Origin: Bacillota bacterium
Lineage (GTDB): Bacteria > Bacillota > Sulfobacillia > JAMCWA01
Direction of reading: 5' to 3'
DNA: 64,000 nucleotides
Assembly (NCBI GenBank): GCA_023475165.1
Contig: JAMCWA010000088.1
Span: forward strand, 130,298-194,297
Shown here: positions 19,537 through 29,182 of the stretch, in pieces
How the letters are laid out: each line of letters starts with the position of its first letter
How positions within the stretch are numbered: the stretch's first letter is position 1
Translations under genes and position numbers: made by a program
Notes under the pieces: generated by a model
Told to the model about the DNA's origin: nothing
What the model saw: the letters and a program-made list of their open reading frames with translations, nothing else
Databases searched by the model: none

Positions 19537-20649
19537 TCAACTGACATGGCCTGGGAGGACAACATCGTAGATCCCGGGGAAATATCTTTCATAAAGCTGC
19601 CGGTTGAAATCCTCTTCCCCTTTTTCTTCCCCTCGCAGCCGGCGCAGGGTCCCAAGATCCAGATTGGCCACCACGACCTCTTCCTGATCAGAATTGTTGG
19701 TTTGAGCCAGGATACCGTCGCCATTGCCCGTAAGTTGCAGAGGAGCAAAGATTCCGGCCCGACCGGTAAGTTTTATGCCCATAAGTTCCCCTACCAGGCA
19801 GGGATTGACGCCGTAGACCAGCGCTTCTTGCACCCGCGGCCAGATCCCCCGGAGGGCCTTCCAAAAGTTGTATTCCTCCGGATTGGCCGTCGGAATAATA
19901 ACAATCTCTGCCCCCAGGCGGCTGACGATACGGAAGGTCTCAAAGTAGGAGGCATCCATGCAGATGGGGATGGCGACCTTGGTCCAGGGGGTGGAGAAGA
20001 GTTGCAGGTTGTCACCCGTTTGCAGACCCCATTCCCACTCCATCGGGATAAAATGGCACTTCTCCTGGGTTCCCAGCAGCCCTCCGTCGGGTCCATAGAA
20101 GTGGGCCAGGTTGACCATCCGGCCCGTTGCGTCCGGCAAAATGGCGCTGCCCGCAGCCAGGTAAACCCCAAAACGACGCGCCAGACCGGAGAAGGTGGCC
20201 TCATAGATCCTCCTAGTGGCCGGAGCAAGGAAACGAAAAATGTCAGCCACCCGGAGGTTATCACCGGCCATCTCAGTGATGGCCCCCTCCAGGCTGCCCG
20301 CCCCGGCCACTTTCTTAATGCCGGGCAGAAGACCCAGGAGGCCGGTAGCGCTGTCCTCCGGAAAGGCCACCAACTGGGCCCCCTCTTCCACCGCCTGCCG
20401 GACAAGGCGATAGATCTGCTCGGCGTAGGCTTCCGCCGAGGGCATGAGTTCCAGATGCATCTGTACGGCCGCCACCCGCAGGTCGGACGACCCGCTCCCC
20501 TGCACTTCCTTCCTTCCGGAAAGACCCAGCGCAACGCAGTTCTTGGGGTAGCTTTTCTTGTTCAGTAACCTTTCTACCCGCCCCGGGTCGGAGAGCCAAT
20601 GCAGGTAATAACTCAAGGCCTTCTCTTTTAGTAGTTCCAGGAGCTTCAC
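19537..20649 (-). CDS. Nitrilase / carbon-nitrogen hydrolase family protein (triad intact)
   Basis: VAAVQ, FPE (Glu), QEKCH (Lys), ICMD (Cys). Confidence 0.88.
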   Translation of the reverse strand: MKLLELLKEKALSYYLHWLSDPGRVERLLNKKSYPKNCVALGLSGRKEVQGSGSSDLRVAAVQMHLELMPSAEAYAEQIYRLVRQAVEEGAQLVAFPEDSATGLLGLLPGIKKVAGAGSLEGAITEMAGDNLRVADIFRFLAPATRRIYEATFSGLARRFGVYLAAGSAILPDATGRMVNLAHFYGPDGGLLGTQEKCHFIPMEWEWGLQTGDNLQLFSTPWTKVAIPICMDASYFETFRIVSRLGAEIVIIPTANPEEYNFWKALRGIWPRVQEALVYGVNPCLVGELMGIKLTGRAGIFAPLQLTGNGDGILAQTNNSDQEEVVVANLDLGTLRRLRGEEKGEEDFNRQLYERYFPGIYDVVLPGHVS

Positions 20650-21689
20650 CGGCCTTCCCTCCTGACGTCGCCTTTCCCATAAATGCCAGGAAGATAACGA
20701 CGGTATAGGCTGGGGTTAAGTAGCTTCAGCAGGGGATAGGCCTGGACCACCGCCTCACGTCCCGGCAGATCCAAGTCGGCGGACACCACCTCCACCTCCG
20801 GATAGCCGGAGCCTTTCCCTCCTGAGGCCGACTCCCGCAAAGAAATGGGGAGGCCCTCCAGCGCCGCCGGATAGACTCGGGTCAATTCGCGCCAGGTCTC
20901 CTCCCACTGAGAAGCCGCCAGTCCCAGGAAGCCCGTTTCTCCCGCCGTCATCTCGCAGGGGGCAAAGACGGCGCTCCGGCCCACCAGTTCCTGGCCCAGG
21001 AGACGACCGGAAAGTCCACTTTCCAGGGCCAAGAACTGATTCTGCTGGACCTCCTGCCAAAGACCCGCCAACTGCTGCCAAAGACCATAGGGGGGCGGCA
21101 TGGTTACCGGGGCCAAAACCACTTCGGCTCCCAGGAGGGCCAGGATCCGGCTCACTTCCGGGTACCAGATATCGCTGCCTGCCAGCAGGGCCAGTCGCCC
21201 GATTTCTGTAGGCCAGACCTCCACCCCTTCCCCCCTCGCCAATCCCCAGGATCTTTCCCATGGGGTGGTGTGAGTCTGGTCCTGGGTCCCTACCAGTTTC
21301 CCCTCGGGAGAAAAGAGATAGGCCCGGTGGTACATCTTACCATCTCGGAAAACTGGCAGGGTGCCTGCCCCCAGGAAGAGGGAATTCTGCCGGGCCAGCG
21401 CGGCCATGGACTCCAAGAATGAAGCCTCCCCTGTCCGGCCTTTTTCCCCCAGCAAGATCTTCAGGGATGGGCCAAAGCTGACTCCCCGCCGGGTGGGATC
21501 AAAAGACAGCCGCTCTCCCTCAGACAGCAGAAAAAGCAGCCCGGTGAAGGCCGGAAGTAGAGCCAAGCCAGCCCCGCCGGCCCGTGCTGCCGCCAGGCCC
21601 CGGGACAGATTCCCCAGGACTTCCTCAGCCGAGCTATCCTCCCGCAGATTCAGCTGGAGGGAAACGGCCTTCAAAACCAAGGAACCCAC
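20646..21689 (-). CDS. Carbon-nitrogen hydrolase paralogue with degenerate catalytic triad
   Basis: Same fold motifs, but LPA, QDQTH and LAGSD at the E, K and C positions; 4-bp overlap with its partner. Confidence 0.8.
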   Translation of the reverse strand: MGSLVLKAVSLQLNLREDSSAEEVLGNLSRGLAAARAGGAGLALLPAFTGLLFLLSEGERLSFDPTRRGVSFGPSLKILLGEKGRTGEASFLESMAALARQNSLFLGAGTLPVFRDGKMYHRAYLFSPEGKLVGTQDQTHTTPWERSWGLARGEGVEVWPTEIGRLALLAGSDIWYPEVSRILALLGAEVVLAPVTMPPPYGLWQQLAGLWQEVQQNQFLALESGLSGRLLGQELVGRSAVFAPCEMTAGETGFLGLAASQWEETWRELTRVYPAALEGLPISLRESASGGKGSGYPEVEVVSADLDLPGREAVVQAYPLLKLLNPSLYRRYLPGIYGKGDVRREGR

Positions 21690-21711
21690 CTCGCGTGACT
21701 GATTCTCCTGG

Positions 21712-21760
21712 ATCCCCGGGCCGCCTTTGGCAGTGCCGCAAAGACTGAAGACATCGCCTG
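21712..21760 (+). repeat. Degenerate family B repeat
   Basis: ATCCCCGGGGCCGCCTTTGGCAGTGCCGCAAAGACTGAAGAC resembles ATCCCCATGCCGCCTTTTGGCGGCGCCAAAGAGTAATGAAAC. Confidence 0.5.
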
Positions 21761-21863
21761 AGCGGGGGACCGGGTCGATATCGTCGAGAGATCTTGGCCG
21801 AGCCCGGCATAGTAGTGGTCTAGACCTCTCTTAGGAATTCGACAAGAAAGGACAGTTTCCTGC

Positions 21864-23552
21864 CTAGATCTCCATGATCACCGGAAGGATCATCGGCCGC
21901 CGCCTGGTGCGCTCGTTCAAGAACTTGCCCAGACTATCCCGGACACTGGCCTTGATGGTGCTCCAGTCAGAGATGTTGCTCTCCAATTTCTCCTCCAGAG
22001 CCTCCCTAACTTTTCCTCTTGCTTCTTCCATCAAGGCCTCGGACTCCTTGACATAAACAAAACCCCGGCTGATGATGTCCGGTCCGGCGGCGATCTTGCC
22101 GTCCTGTTTGTCCAAAGCCACCACCACTACCAGGATCCCGTCCTGAGAAAGCTGCTTGCGGTCACGCAAAACAACGCTTCCCACATCCCCAACCCCCAGG
22201 CCGTCCACCAGGACGTTTCCGGCCGGAACCCGGCCACCGAGGCTTCCCTTCTCCTCAGTGAACTCGAAAACCGTCCCGTTCTCTCCCACCAGGATGTTTT
22301 CCCGGGGTAAGCCCATAAACTGAGCCAACTGGCTGTGATGAATCAGGTGACGGTACTCTCCGTGGACCGGCACGAAGTAACGCGGACGAATGAAGTTGAG
22401 CATGAGCTTGAGTTCTTCCTGGCTGGCGTGACCGGAGACGTGCACCCCACTTCCGGCCTCGTAGAAAACGTTGGCACCACGTCGGTAAAGGTTATCAACG
22501 GTCCGATGAACCATTTTCTCGTTTCCAGGAACCGGGGTGGCGGCAATGATGACCGTGTCCCCGGGCACGATCTCCACCTTGCGGTGATCAGCTAAAGAGA
22601 TCCGGGTTAAGGCCGACATCGGCTCGCCCTGACTGCCGGTGGCCAGTATGGCCACCCGGTTCAGAGGCAAGCGGTTGAGGTATTCCTGCTCCACCAACAA
22701 TCCGTCTGGTACCGAGAGATACCCTAGCTTCAGAGCCACCTCAACCACATTCTCCATGCTCCTGCCCACCACTGCCACCTGTCGATCGTGCTCGTAGGCA
22801 GCAGTGATAACTTGCTGAATCCGGTGAACGTTGGTGGCGAAACTGGCGACCAGGACCCTTTGTTTAGCCAGGCGAAAGATCTCCCCGAGGGTCTCTCCTA
22901 CCACCCGTTCCGAGGGGGTGAAACCCGGTCTCTCGGCGTTGGTGCTGTCCGAGAGTAGTACCAGGACCCCCTTTTGGCCCAGTTCGGCCAGCTTGTGAAA
23001 ATCTACTACTTCCCGATCTACCGGGGTCTGATCAAACTTGAAGTCACCGGTATGCACCACCATCCCCACCGGGGTACGAATGGCCAGACCCACCGAATCG
23101 GGAATACTATGGTTGACCCGAAAAAGCTCAATCCCAAAGACACCCAACTCTAAAGACTCTCCGGCCTCCAGGACCCTGGACCCCGGCGGCAGGGTCAAAC
23201 CGTGCTCGGCCAGTTTACCCTCCACCAAACCCAGGGTCAGCTTGGTGCCAAAGACGGGCGCCGGCAGAGATTTCAGGACGTAGGGTAAAGCCCCGATATG
23301 ATCCTCATGACCATGGGTCAAAACAATGCCCCGCAGGTGCTCCTTGTTCTCCAAGAGGTAGGTAAGATCGGGAATAACGAGGTCAATTCCTAGCATCTCA
23401 TCATCGGGAAAGGCCAGACCGGCATCCACCACGAAGATATCGTCGCCGTAGTGAAAAACCAGCATGTTCTTACCAATCTCCCCCAGTCCGCCCAGGGGGA
23501 CGATCAAGAGCTTACCGCTCCTGGTCTTCTTCCTTCTCCGTCCTCCAGCCAA
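21864..23552 (-). CDS. rnj: Ribonuclease J
   Basis: PLGGLGEIGKNM, THGHEDHIGA, HTGDFKFD, TGSQGEP, HVSGHAS. Confidence 0.96.
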   Translation of the reverse strand: MAGGRRRKKTRSGKLLIVPLGGLGEIGKNMLVFHYGDDIFVVDAGLAFPDDEMLGIDLVIPDLTYLLENKEHLRGIVLTHGHEDHIGALPYVLKSLPAPVFGTKLTLGLVEGKLAEHGLTLPPGSRVLEAGESLELGVFGIELFRVNHSIPDSVGLAIRTPVGMVVHTGDFKFDQTPVDREVVDFHKLAELGQKGVLVLLSDSTNAERPGFTPSERVVGETLGEIFRLAKQRVLVASFATNVHRIQQVITAAYEHDRQVAVVGRSMENVVEVALKLGYLSVPDGLLVEQEYLNRLPLNRVAILATGSQGEPMSALTRISLADHRKVEIVPGDTVIIAATPVPGNEKMVHRTVDNLYRRGANVFYEAGSGVHVSGHASQEELKLMLNFIRPRYFVPVHGEYRHLIHHSQLAQFMGLPRENILVGENGTVFEFTEEKGSLGGRVPAGNVLVDGLGVGDVGSVVLRDRKQLSQDGILVVVVALDKQDGKIAAGPDIISRGFVYVKESEALMEEARGKVREALEEKLESNISDWSTIKASVRDSLGKFLNERTRRRPMILPVIMEI

Positions 23553-24702
23553 CTACTTCACCCCTGATCAGTTCAAGATAAAGCTGCTCCAATTTCTCCG
23601 CCAACATCTTTTCGTCAAATCCGGCCGCCTTTCTCCTGGCCGCCGGGCCCATCCGAGAATGGACCGGCTCCTTCAGAGCCGAAAGGATACGACCGGCAAA
23701 GATTTCCTCCCGCTCTTCCGTCAAGAAACCGTCCTCCCCGTCGCTAACCAGTTCGGCGGTAGCCGGGGAACGAAGGGCCACCACTGGCACGCCAGCCGCC
23801 ATGGACTCCAGCAAGACCATCCCCTGGGTTTCCACCAGGGAGGCAAAGACAAATAAGTCGGCCTCCAGATACCACTGCATCACTTCTTCCTGGGGCAGGA
23901 CACCGGTGAAGGTCACCAATTGTTGCAGGCCCCTTTCGCGTATCAAGGTCTGCAAAGGCCTCTCTTCCGGACCTCCCCCTATCAGTACAAGATGCAGGGC
24001 CTGTCCCCCATCTCGCGCTGCCCGCGCAAAAGCCCGTATTAGAAAAGCCAGGTTCTTCTCCTTCGCCAGCCGCCCGGTGTAAAGAAGGAGCTTAGTGTCC
24101 GAGGCGATTCCCAAAGTCCGCCGCCTGGCCCCGGTCGCCTGAAAACGATAGCGATCAAGGTTTACCCCTGTCGGCAAGACCGCGATTCTGGTTCTAACCC
24201 CCCACCCTTCCAGGGTTTTCTTGACAAAGGAAGATGGAGCCAAGACCAGGGAAACGTTATTGCAAAACCTCACGGTATAGGCGCGGATTAACCACCGGGC
24301 TACGGGGGCAACGGCCGGGACGTAACGGGCGTACTCCTCATAAAGGCTATGACAGGTGAAAACCACCGGGATGTCCCTTTCCCTGACATGCCGAGCCAGC
24401 CGAAGGCCGGAAAGGCCCAGGGTAAAGGGGGAATGGGCATGGATAATGTCGACATCGCGCACCCAGGAGGCCAAAGCGGCCTGCCCGAGGGGGAAGGCCA
24501 AACGGAGGCCGGGATACTGAGGGACAGCAAGGGAGGGAACCACGTACACACCCTCCGCCCGTCCACTTGCCCCAGGGGAAGAGGGAACTACAAACCTGAC
24601 CTGATGACCCCTTTCCTTCAGTCGCCGAGAAAAGGACAACAACGACATAACCGCCCCGCTGGTGTAAGGGAGGTAGGTGTCGCTAAAGAAGGCTATCTTC
24701 AA
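23512..24702 (-). CDS. Glycosyltransferase family 4 (diacylglycerol glucosyltransferase-like)
   Basis: MKIAFFSDTYLP, IHAHSPF, GRLAKEKN, ETQGMVLLESMAAG. Confidence 0.9.
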   Translation of the reverse strand: MKIAFFSDTYLPYTSGAVMSLLSFSRRLKERGHQVRFVVPSSPGASGRAEGVYVVPSLAVPQYPGLRLAFPLGQAALASWVRDVDIIHAHSPFTLGLSGLRLARHVRERDIPVVFTCHSLYEEYARYVPAVAPVARWLIRAYTVRFCNNVSLVLAPSSFVKKTLEGWGVRTRIAVLPTGVNLDRYRFQATGARRRTLGIASDTKLLLYTGRLAKEKNLAFLIRAFARAARDGGQALHLVLIGGGPEERPLQTLIRERGLQQLVTFTGVLPQEEVMQWYLEADLFVFASLVETQGMVLLESMAAGVPVVALRSPATAELVSDGEDGFLTEEREEIFAGRILSALKEPVHSRMGPAARRKAAGFDEKMLAEKLEQLYLELIRGEVVGWRTEKEEDQER

Positions 24703-25229
24703 AGGCTCCCCCCCAACGAGTATGATGAAGCAGCCGTCAGGACATATTCCGTCAGTTCAATGACCCCATTTTTCAAGAGCCAAGTCCTTCCCCCGGTCTG
24801 GGTAAAGCCGAAGCTTTCATAAAAGCGTCTGGCCCTCCAGTTCTCCTTCTCCACCGTCAAAGAGACTGGGTAAGCCCCCTCTCCTAAGTCCGTCAAACCC
24901 ATCCGGAGAAGACTCCGGCCCAAGCCTTGACCTTGCCAGGAGGGCAGGAGGTAGAGTCTGGATAACTCCGTCCCCCGAACTGCCCCCGGCAGCACTCTCC
25001 AGCAAAAATGACAGAATCCTGCCACCGATCCCGCCTCAGCCACCAAAAAGGCGGCAGCGGCGTTAATGTCCCCCTCCAGCCGCGGACGGGAATAGTTGCG
25101 TTCCAGGATCTCGTCTATCAATTCCGGCGACAGGCGGCCGCGAAATGTATCTTCCCAGGTTTCCCGGGCCACCTGCTGAATATGAGGAATATCATCGAGC
25201 CTCGCGGGCCTTATCAGGAACTTCGTCAT
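24699..25229 (-). CDS. GNAT family N-acetyltransferase
   Basis: LYLLPSWQGQGLGRSL, N.RARRFYESFGF. Confidence 0.88.
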   Translation of the reverse strand: MTKFLIRPARLDDIPHIQQVARETWEDTFRGRLSPELIDEILERNYSRPRLEGDINAAAAFLVAEAGSVAGFCHFCWRVLPGAVRGTELSRLYLLPSWQGQGLGRSLLRMGLTDLGEGAYPVSLTVEKENWRARRFYESFGFTQTGGRTWLLKNGVIELTEYVLTAASSYSLGGSL

Positions 25230-25521
25230 TATCGTAACGACCTTCTAACATTGACCGTGCCAGTTGGTATGAAGAGGGCCTTTCCCAGAACAGGAAAAGC
25301 GCCCGGACTCGCACCGAAAATACCTTCGTTTCAACGCCGCTCGGTGCACCCTGCGCCCCGCGGCGTACGAACTTGCCCTAACTATGATATCATAAATGAA
25401 CCAACTAGGCAAAGACACTCTGCAACCTCGGCGCGGTCGACAAACATTGTTTGCAAGTACCTTCTGACCGAAGTACAGAAAACCCCGGCCTCCTGGGCCA
25501 GGGTGACCGATCATTTGCAAA

Positions 25522-25590
25522 CTTCCCTGCCGCCTTCGGCGGCACCGCAAAGGATGAAAACAGCGCTTCAGCAGGGGTCTGGGCCAGAAA
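25522..25590 (+). repeat. Family B repeat module
   Basis: CTGCCGCCTTCGGCGGCACCGCAAAGGATGAAAACAGCG. Confidence 0.65.
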
Positions 25591-25769
25591 CCTCATTGGC
25601 TGGCCAGATGGGTCAATCGCATGAAACCGCTGACCCCGGCAAACACTCAACGCTGTCTATACCAGTCAAATCGTAACGAAGCGGACCCCCGATACTGGCC
25701 AGGTCATTGAGGAGCTTCGTTCACATCGACCCAGACCCGCCAAGCTGGCAGGAGCTCGACTTTTTCATA

Positions 25770-25995
25770 CTAGGAGATCCCCATGCCGCCTTTTGGCGGC
25801 GCCAAAGAGTAATGAAACAGCAGCGGCGCCCCGGAAGCAGCTGGTTTGTTTCAGGATAGACCCCCATGCCGCCAGCGGCACCAGCAGATGATGAAAACGG
25901 CCGCGGCATGGTGATTGTGGCAGGCGAACGACTGGCGGAGCGCCGGAGTGAGCCGGGACAACGCTCGGCCAAGAAACCTTATTTTCAGGATAGAC
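25770..25995 (+). repeat. Two tandem family B repeat units
   Basis: CTAG-GAGATCCCCATGCCGCC..GTTTGTTTCAGGATAGA, then CCCCCATGCCGCC..ATGAAAAC..TTTCAGGATAGA. Confidence 0.75.
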
Positions 25996-26021
25996 CACTA
26001 AGGAAATGCGATGGGAAGGTC

Positions 26022-26924
26022 TCACGGGCCGGTCGCTCTGTTTTCTACCACCAGTCCGAGAGACTCCATGGCCTTCCTCAAGACGGACCTCTCCGGTGGT
26101 TCCATCTCCCACAGGGGTGGCCGCACCGGACCCACCGGGAAACCGGCTTCACGCAGAGCTGTCTTAACGGGGATGGGGTTGGCGGTGACAAAGAGCGCCC
26201 GGAAAAGTGGCAGCAACTGGCGATGGATCTCAGCGGCGGTGGTTACATCCCCGGCGAGATGGCTGTAGATCAAACGCGAAATCTCTTTCCCGAGCAGGTG
26301 GGAGGCAACGCTGACCACACCGTAACCGCCCAGGGAGAGAATGGGGAGTAAGAGGTTATCGTCCCCGCTGTAGACCGAAAACCCCGTGGGGGCCTGACGT
26401 AAAATCTCCCCCACCTGATTGAGATCACCGCTGGCCTCCTTGATGGCCACAATGTTCGGTATCCGGGCTAAGCGAAGGGTGGTCGGAGGCTGCAGGTTGA
26501 CCCCGGTGCGACTCGGAACGTTATACAGAAGGACAGGTAGTCGCGTTGCTTCCGCGATGGCTTTAAAGTGCTGGTAAAGTCCCTCCTGCGGGGGTTTGTT
26601 GTAATAAGGGGTTACCAGCATGATGCCCTTGATCCCGGTGACTTCCGCCTTCCTGGTCAGAGCCACGCTTTCCGCCGTGGAATAGGTTCCAGTACCGCCC
26701 AGAACCGCTGCCTTTTCTCCCACAGCCTCTACCACCGTCTCCATCAACTGCAGTTTCTCCGACATAGATAAGGTGGGCGATTCACCAGTTGTTCCGGCGA
26801 CAACGATGCCTTCGGACCCCTCCTCTACCAACCGAAGAGCCAGTTCCCTGGTCCGGATCAGATCCAGGGAAAAATCCCGATTAAAGGGTGTGACCATGGC
26901 GGTGATTAACCTACCAAAGGGCAA
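26022..26924 (-). CDS. dapA: 4-hydroxy-tetrahydrodipicolinate synthase
   Basis: TAMVTPF, GTTGESPTL, PYYNKP, YNVPSRTG, IKEASG, NPIPVK. Confidence 0.95.
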   Translation of the reverse strand: MPFGRLITAMVTPFNRDFSLDLIRTRELALRLVEEGSEGIVVAGTTGESPTLSMSEKLQLMETVVEAVGEKAAVLGGTGTYSTAESVALTRKAEVTGIKGIMLVTPYYNKPPQEGLYQHFKAIAEATRLPVLLYNVPSRTGVNLQPPTTLRLARIPNIVAIKEASGDLNQVGEILRQAPTGFSVYSGDDNLLLPILSLGGYGVVSVASHLLGKEISRLIYSHLAGDVTTAAEIHRQLLPLFRALFVTANPIPVKTALREAGFPVGPVRPPLWEMEPPERSVLRKAMESLGLVVENRATGP

Positions 26925-26950
26925 TTTTCTCACTCCTTCCTGGAGCGGAT

Positions 26951-28162
26951 CTATAGACCGAACTTCTGGTGGAGGGCGCGAACGGCCTTCTCCATATCCC
27001 GGATATCGACAAGACAGGAGATGGTCAGGTGAGAATCGCTGGTCTGCAGGATTGGTACTCCCGCCGCCTGCAAGGCTTCCGCCAGCCTGGCCATCACCCC
27101 CGGGACCCCTCTCATGCCGCTCCCCACCACCGAGACCTTGGCGCACTCGTCCCTGATCTGAAGCTCAAGATTCATATCTTTCAAGATGTGGAGGGCTTTC
27201 TCGGCTTTTTCCCCCGCTACCACGAAGACTAGGAGATCAGGAGTCACATTGATCATGTCCAGACTAACGCCGGCATTGCCCAGCCAACGGAAGACTTTGG
27301 CCGGCCATACCCCCTCCGGTTCGGAGGGAACCCGCACCCGGAATTGCGTCAGACCGGGGAGGTTGGTTATTCCAGTTATGACCTTGCCATTTTCCAGAGA
27401 GGGCCAGTTCCCCTCGAGGGCATAGGACAGGAGGGTGCCGGGATGATCACTGAAGGTGGACTTAATGCGGAGGGGAACATTCCACCGCCGGGCGATCTCT
27501 ACCGCCCGGGGATGAATGACCCTAGCCCCTTCATAAGCCAGCTGAGTGATCTCGTCGTAGGTGGCACCCTCCAGGGTTCTGGCCTCCGGAACAATCCTGG
27601 GATCGGCGGTCTTGACACCTTCCACATCAGTATAAACCTCCACCAATTCCGCCCTCAGGGCGGCCCCCAAGGCCACGGCCGTCGTATCGCTGCCGCCCCG
27701 TCCCAGGGTGGTGATATCGCCGTTCTCCGTTACCCCCTGAAATCCGGCCACCACCACCACCTTCCCTTCGTTGAGATGGCGGAGGACATGATCGGGCTGT
27801 ACCCGCAAGATGTGGGCGTCGCCAAAGTTATCGTCGGTAATGATCCCCGCCTGACCGCCGGAAAGAGCCAAAGCCTCGATCTGAAAACCCTTAAGGGTGT
27901 TCGTAAAGATGACGGCCGAGATGAGTTCGCCGCAAGAAGCCAGGAGATCCATCTCCCGCAGCGCCGTGTCGGGATAGACACTCCTGGCCAGACTGATCAG
28001 GGTGTCGGTGGCATAGGGGTCACCGCCCCGCCCCATGGCGGAGACCACCACCACCAGCAGGGCATCTTGCTGCAGGGCCTTCCGGCAGTGCTCCACGGCC
28101 TTAGTCCTGGCCGGCGGCGTCACCAGAGAAGTTCCCCCAAACTTCTGTACGATAATGCGCAT
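26951..28162 (-). CDS. dapG: Aspartate kinase (DapG type)
   Basis: VQKFGGTS, GDPYATDTL, TTLGRGGSDTTA, C-terminal ACT domains; follows spoVFAB. Confidence 0.92.
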   Translation of the reverse strand: MRIIVQKFGGTSLVTPPARTKAVEHCRKALQQDALLVVVVSAMGRGGDPYATDTLISLARSVYPDTALREMDLLASCGELISAVIFTNTLKGFQIEALALSGGQAGIITDDNFGDAHILRVQPDHVLRHLNEGKVVVVAGFQGVTENGDITTLGRGGSDTTAVALGAALRAELVEVYTDVEGVKTADPRIVPEARTLEGATYDEITQLAYEGARVIHPRAVEIARRWNVPLRIKSTFSDHPGTLLSYALEGNWPSLENGKVITGITNLPGLTQFRVRVPSEPEGVWPAKVFRWLGNAGVSLDMINVTPDLLVFVVAGEKAEKALHILKDMNLELQIRDECAKVSVVGSGMRGVPGVMARLAEALQAAGVPILQTSDSHLTISCLVDIRDMEKAVRALHQKFGL

Positions 28163-28188
28163 GACTGTACCTCTCCTCCCTCAGTCTT

Positions 28189-28782
28189 TCATTGCCCACT
28201 CCGACTGATGAGAACAGGTTGCAGCTGTCTTCCCTCCAGGGCGGCCATGACCGTCTCCACCAAGAGAGTAAAGTCGGCTTCCAGCGAGGCGGGTTTTTCT
28301 CTGGGATTGTCCTGACCAAAGGGGATGAAGTATATGTTCCTGCAATTCAAGAGGAAACCGATGTTTTTGGCGTTCAGTCCCAGACCGTCGTTGGTGGCCA
28401 CCCCGATGACCACCGGTCGACCATTGCGCAAGGTCGCCTTGGCCGTCATGGTCACCGGTCCGTCGGTGATGGCATTGGCCAGCCTGGATAGGGTATTCCC
28501 GGTACAGGGCGCGATAACCAGGGCATCGAAAAGCCGCCCGGGACCCACTGGCTCCGCCTCCACAATGCTGGTAATGGGGGTGTGTCCGCTAAGCTCCTCG
28601 ACCTTCCTTATCCAGCCTTCCCAGGTTCCAAAACGGGTGGAGGTACTGCTGACCGAGCTTGAAAGAACAGGGAAGACCTCCGCCCCCAGGGTGACCAGTC
28701 GCTCCATCTGGGGTAAGACCTTGGAAAGGGTGCAATGGGATCCCGTTAGAGCCAACCCGATTCTCTTGCCTGACAGATCCAC
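28189..28782 (-). CDS. spoVFB: Dipicolinate synthase subunit B
   Basis: LTGSHCT, TRFG, APCTGNT, ATNDGLG, PFGQDNP. Confidence 0.95.
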   Translation of the reverse strand: MDLSGKRIGLALTGSHCTLSKVLPQMERLVTLGAEVFPVLSSSVSSTSTRFGTWEGWIRKVEELSGHTPITSIVEAEPVGPGRLFDALVIAPCTGNTLSRLANAITDGPVTMTAKATLRNGRPVVIGVATNDGLGLNAKNIGFLLNCRNIYFIPFGQDNPREKPASLEADFTLLVETVMAALEGRQLQPVLISRSGQ

Positions 28783-28802
28783 TTCTTCTCACCTCCTCAG
28801 TC

Positions 28803-28950
28803 CTAGATTTCCATGCCGCCTGCGGCGGCACAAAGAATGAAACAGCAGCTAACTCTTTGCTGGGAGATCCCCATGCCGCCTTTTGGCGGCGCCAAAGAGT
28901 ATTGAAACAGCAGCGGCGGCCTGGCAGTAGCTGGTTTGTTTTAGGGTAGA
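28803..28950 (+). repeat. Two tandem family B units abutting a family A MITE
   Basis: CTAGATTTCCATGCCGCCTGCGGCGGCACAAAGAATGAAAC, then GAGATCCCCATGCCGCCTTTTGGCGGCGCC..GTTTGTTTTAGGGTAGA. Confidence 0.8.
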
Positions 28951-29182
28951 GTGCTGACAAACTGCGTTTTGAGTGGTTAACCCACCCGAGAAACCGTTAG
29001 GGCGAGAGCTCAAATCAGCCCAGATGCTAGGAGCAACAAGGCTCCGAGGCGAGGCGTACTGGGCGGTACGTTGAGCGAGGAGCCGACGGAGCGACAATCG
29101 GCAATAGTAACGCCCCTTGAACAAGGTGGATCTTTCTTGCAGATTGCGCCACACCGCAAGATGGGGGTTTTTCAGAAGTCTC
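28947..29182 (-). mobile_element. MITE family A, one-cassette copy
   Basis: Reverse-complement copy of 54317-54552; CTAG at 29183-29186. Confidence 0.85.

Noticed and set aside
19546-20568. Long antisense ORFs (also 3038-3997, 27344-28315, 35543-36574, 42310-43431, 60173-61141)
   Set aside because: These are shadow frames of well-supported genes in GC-rich DNA, with no recognisable motifs.
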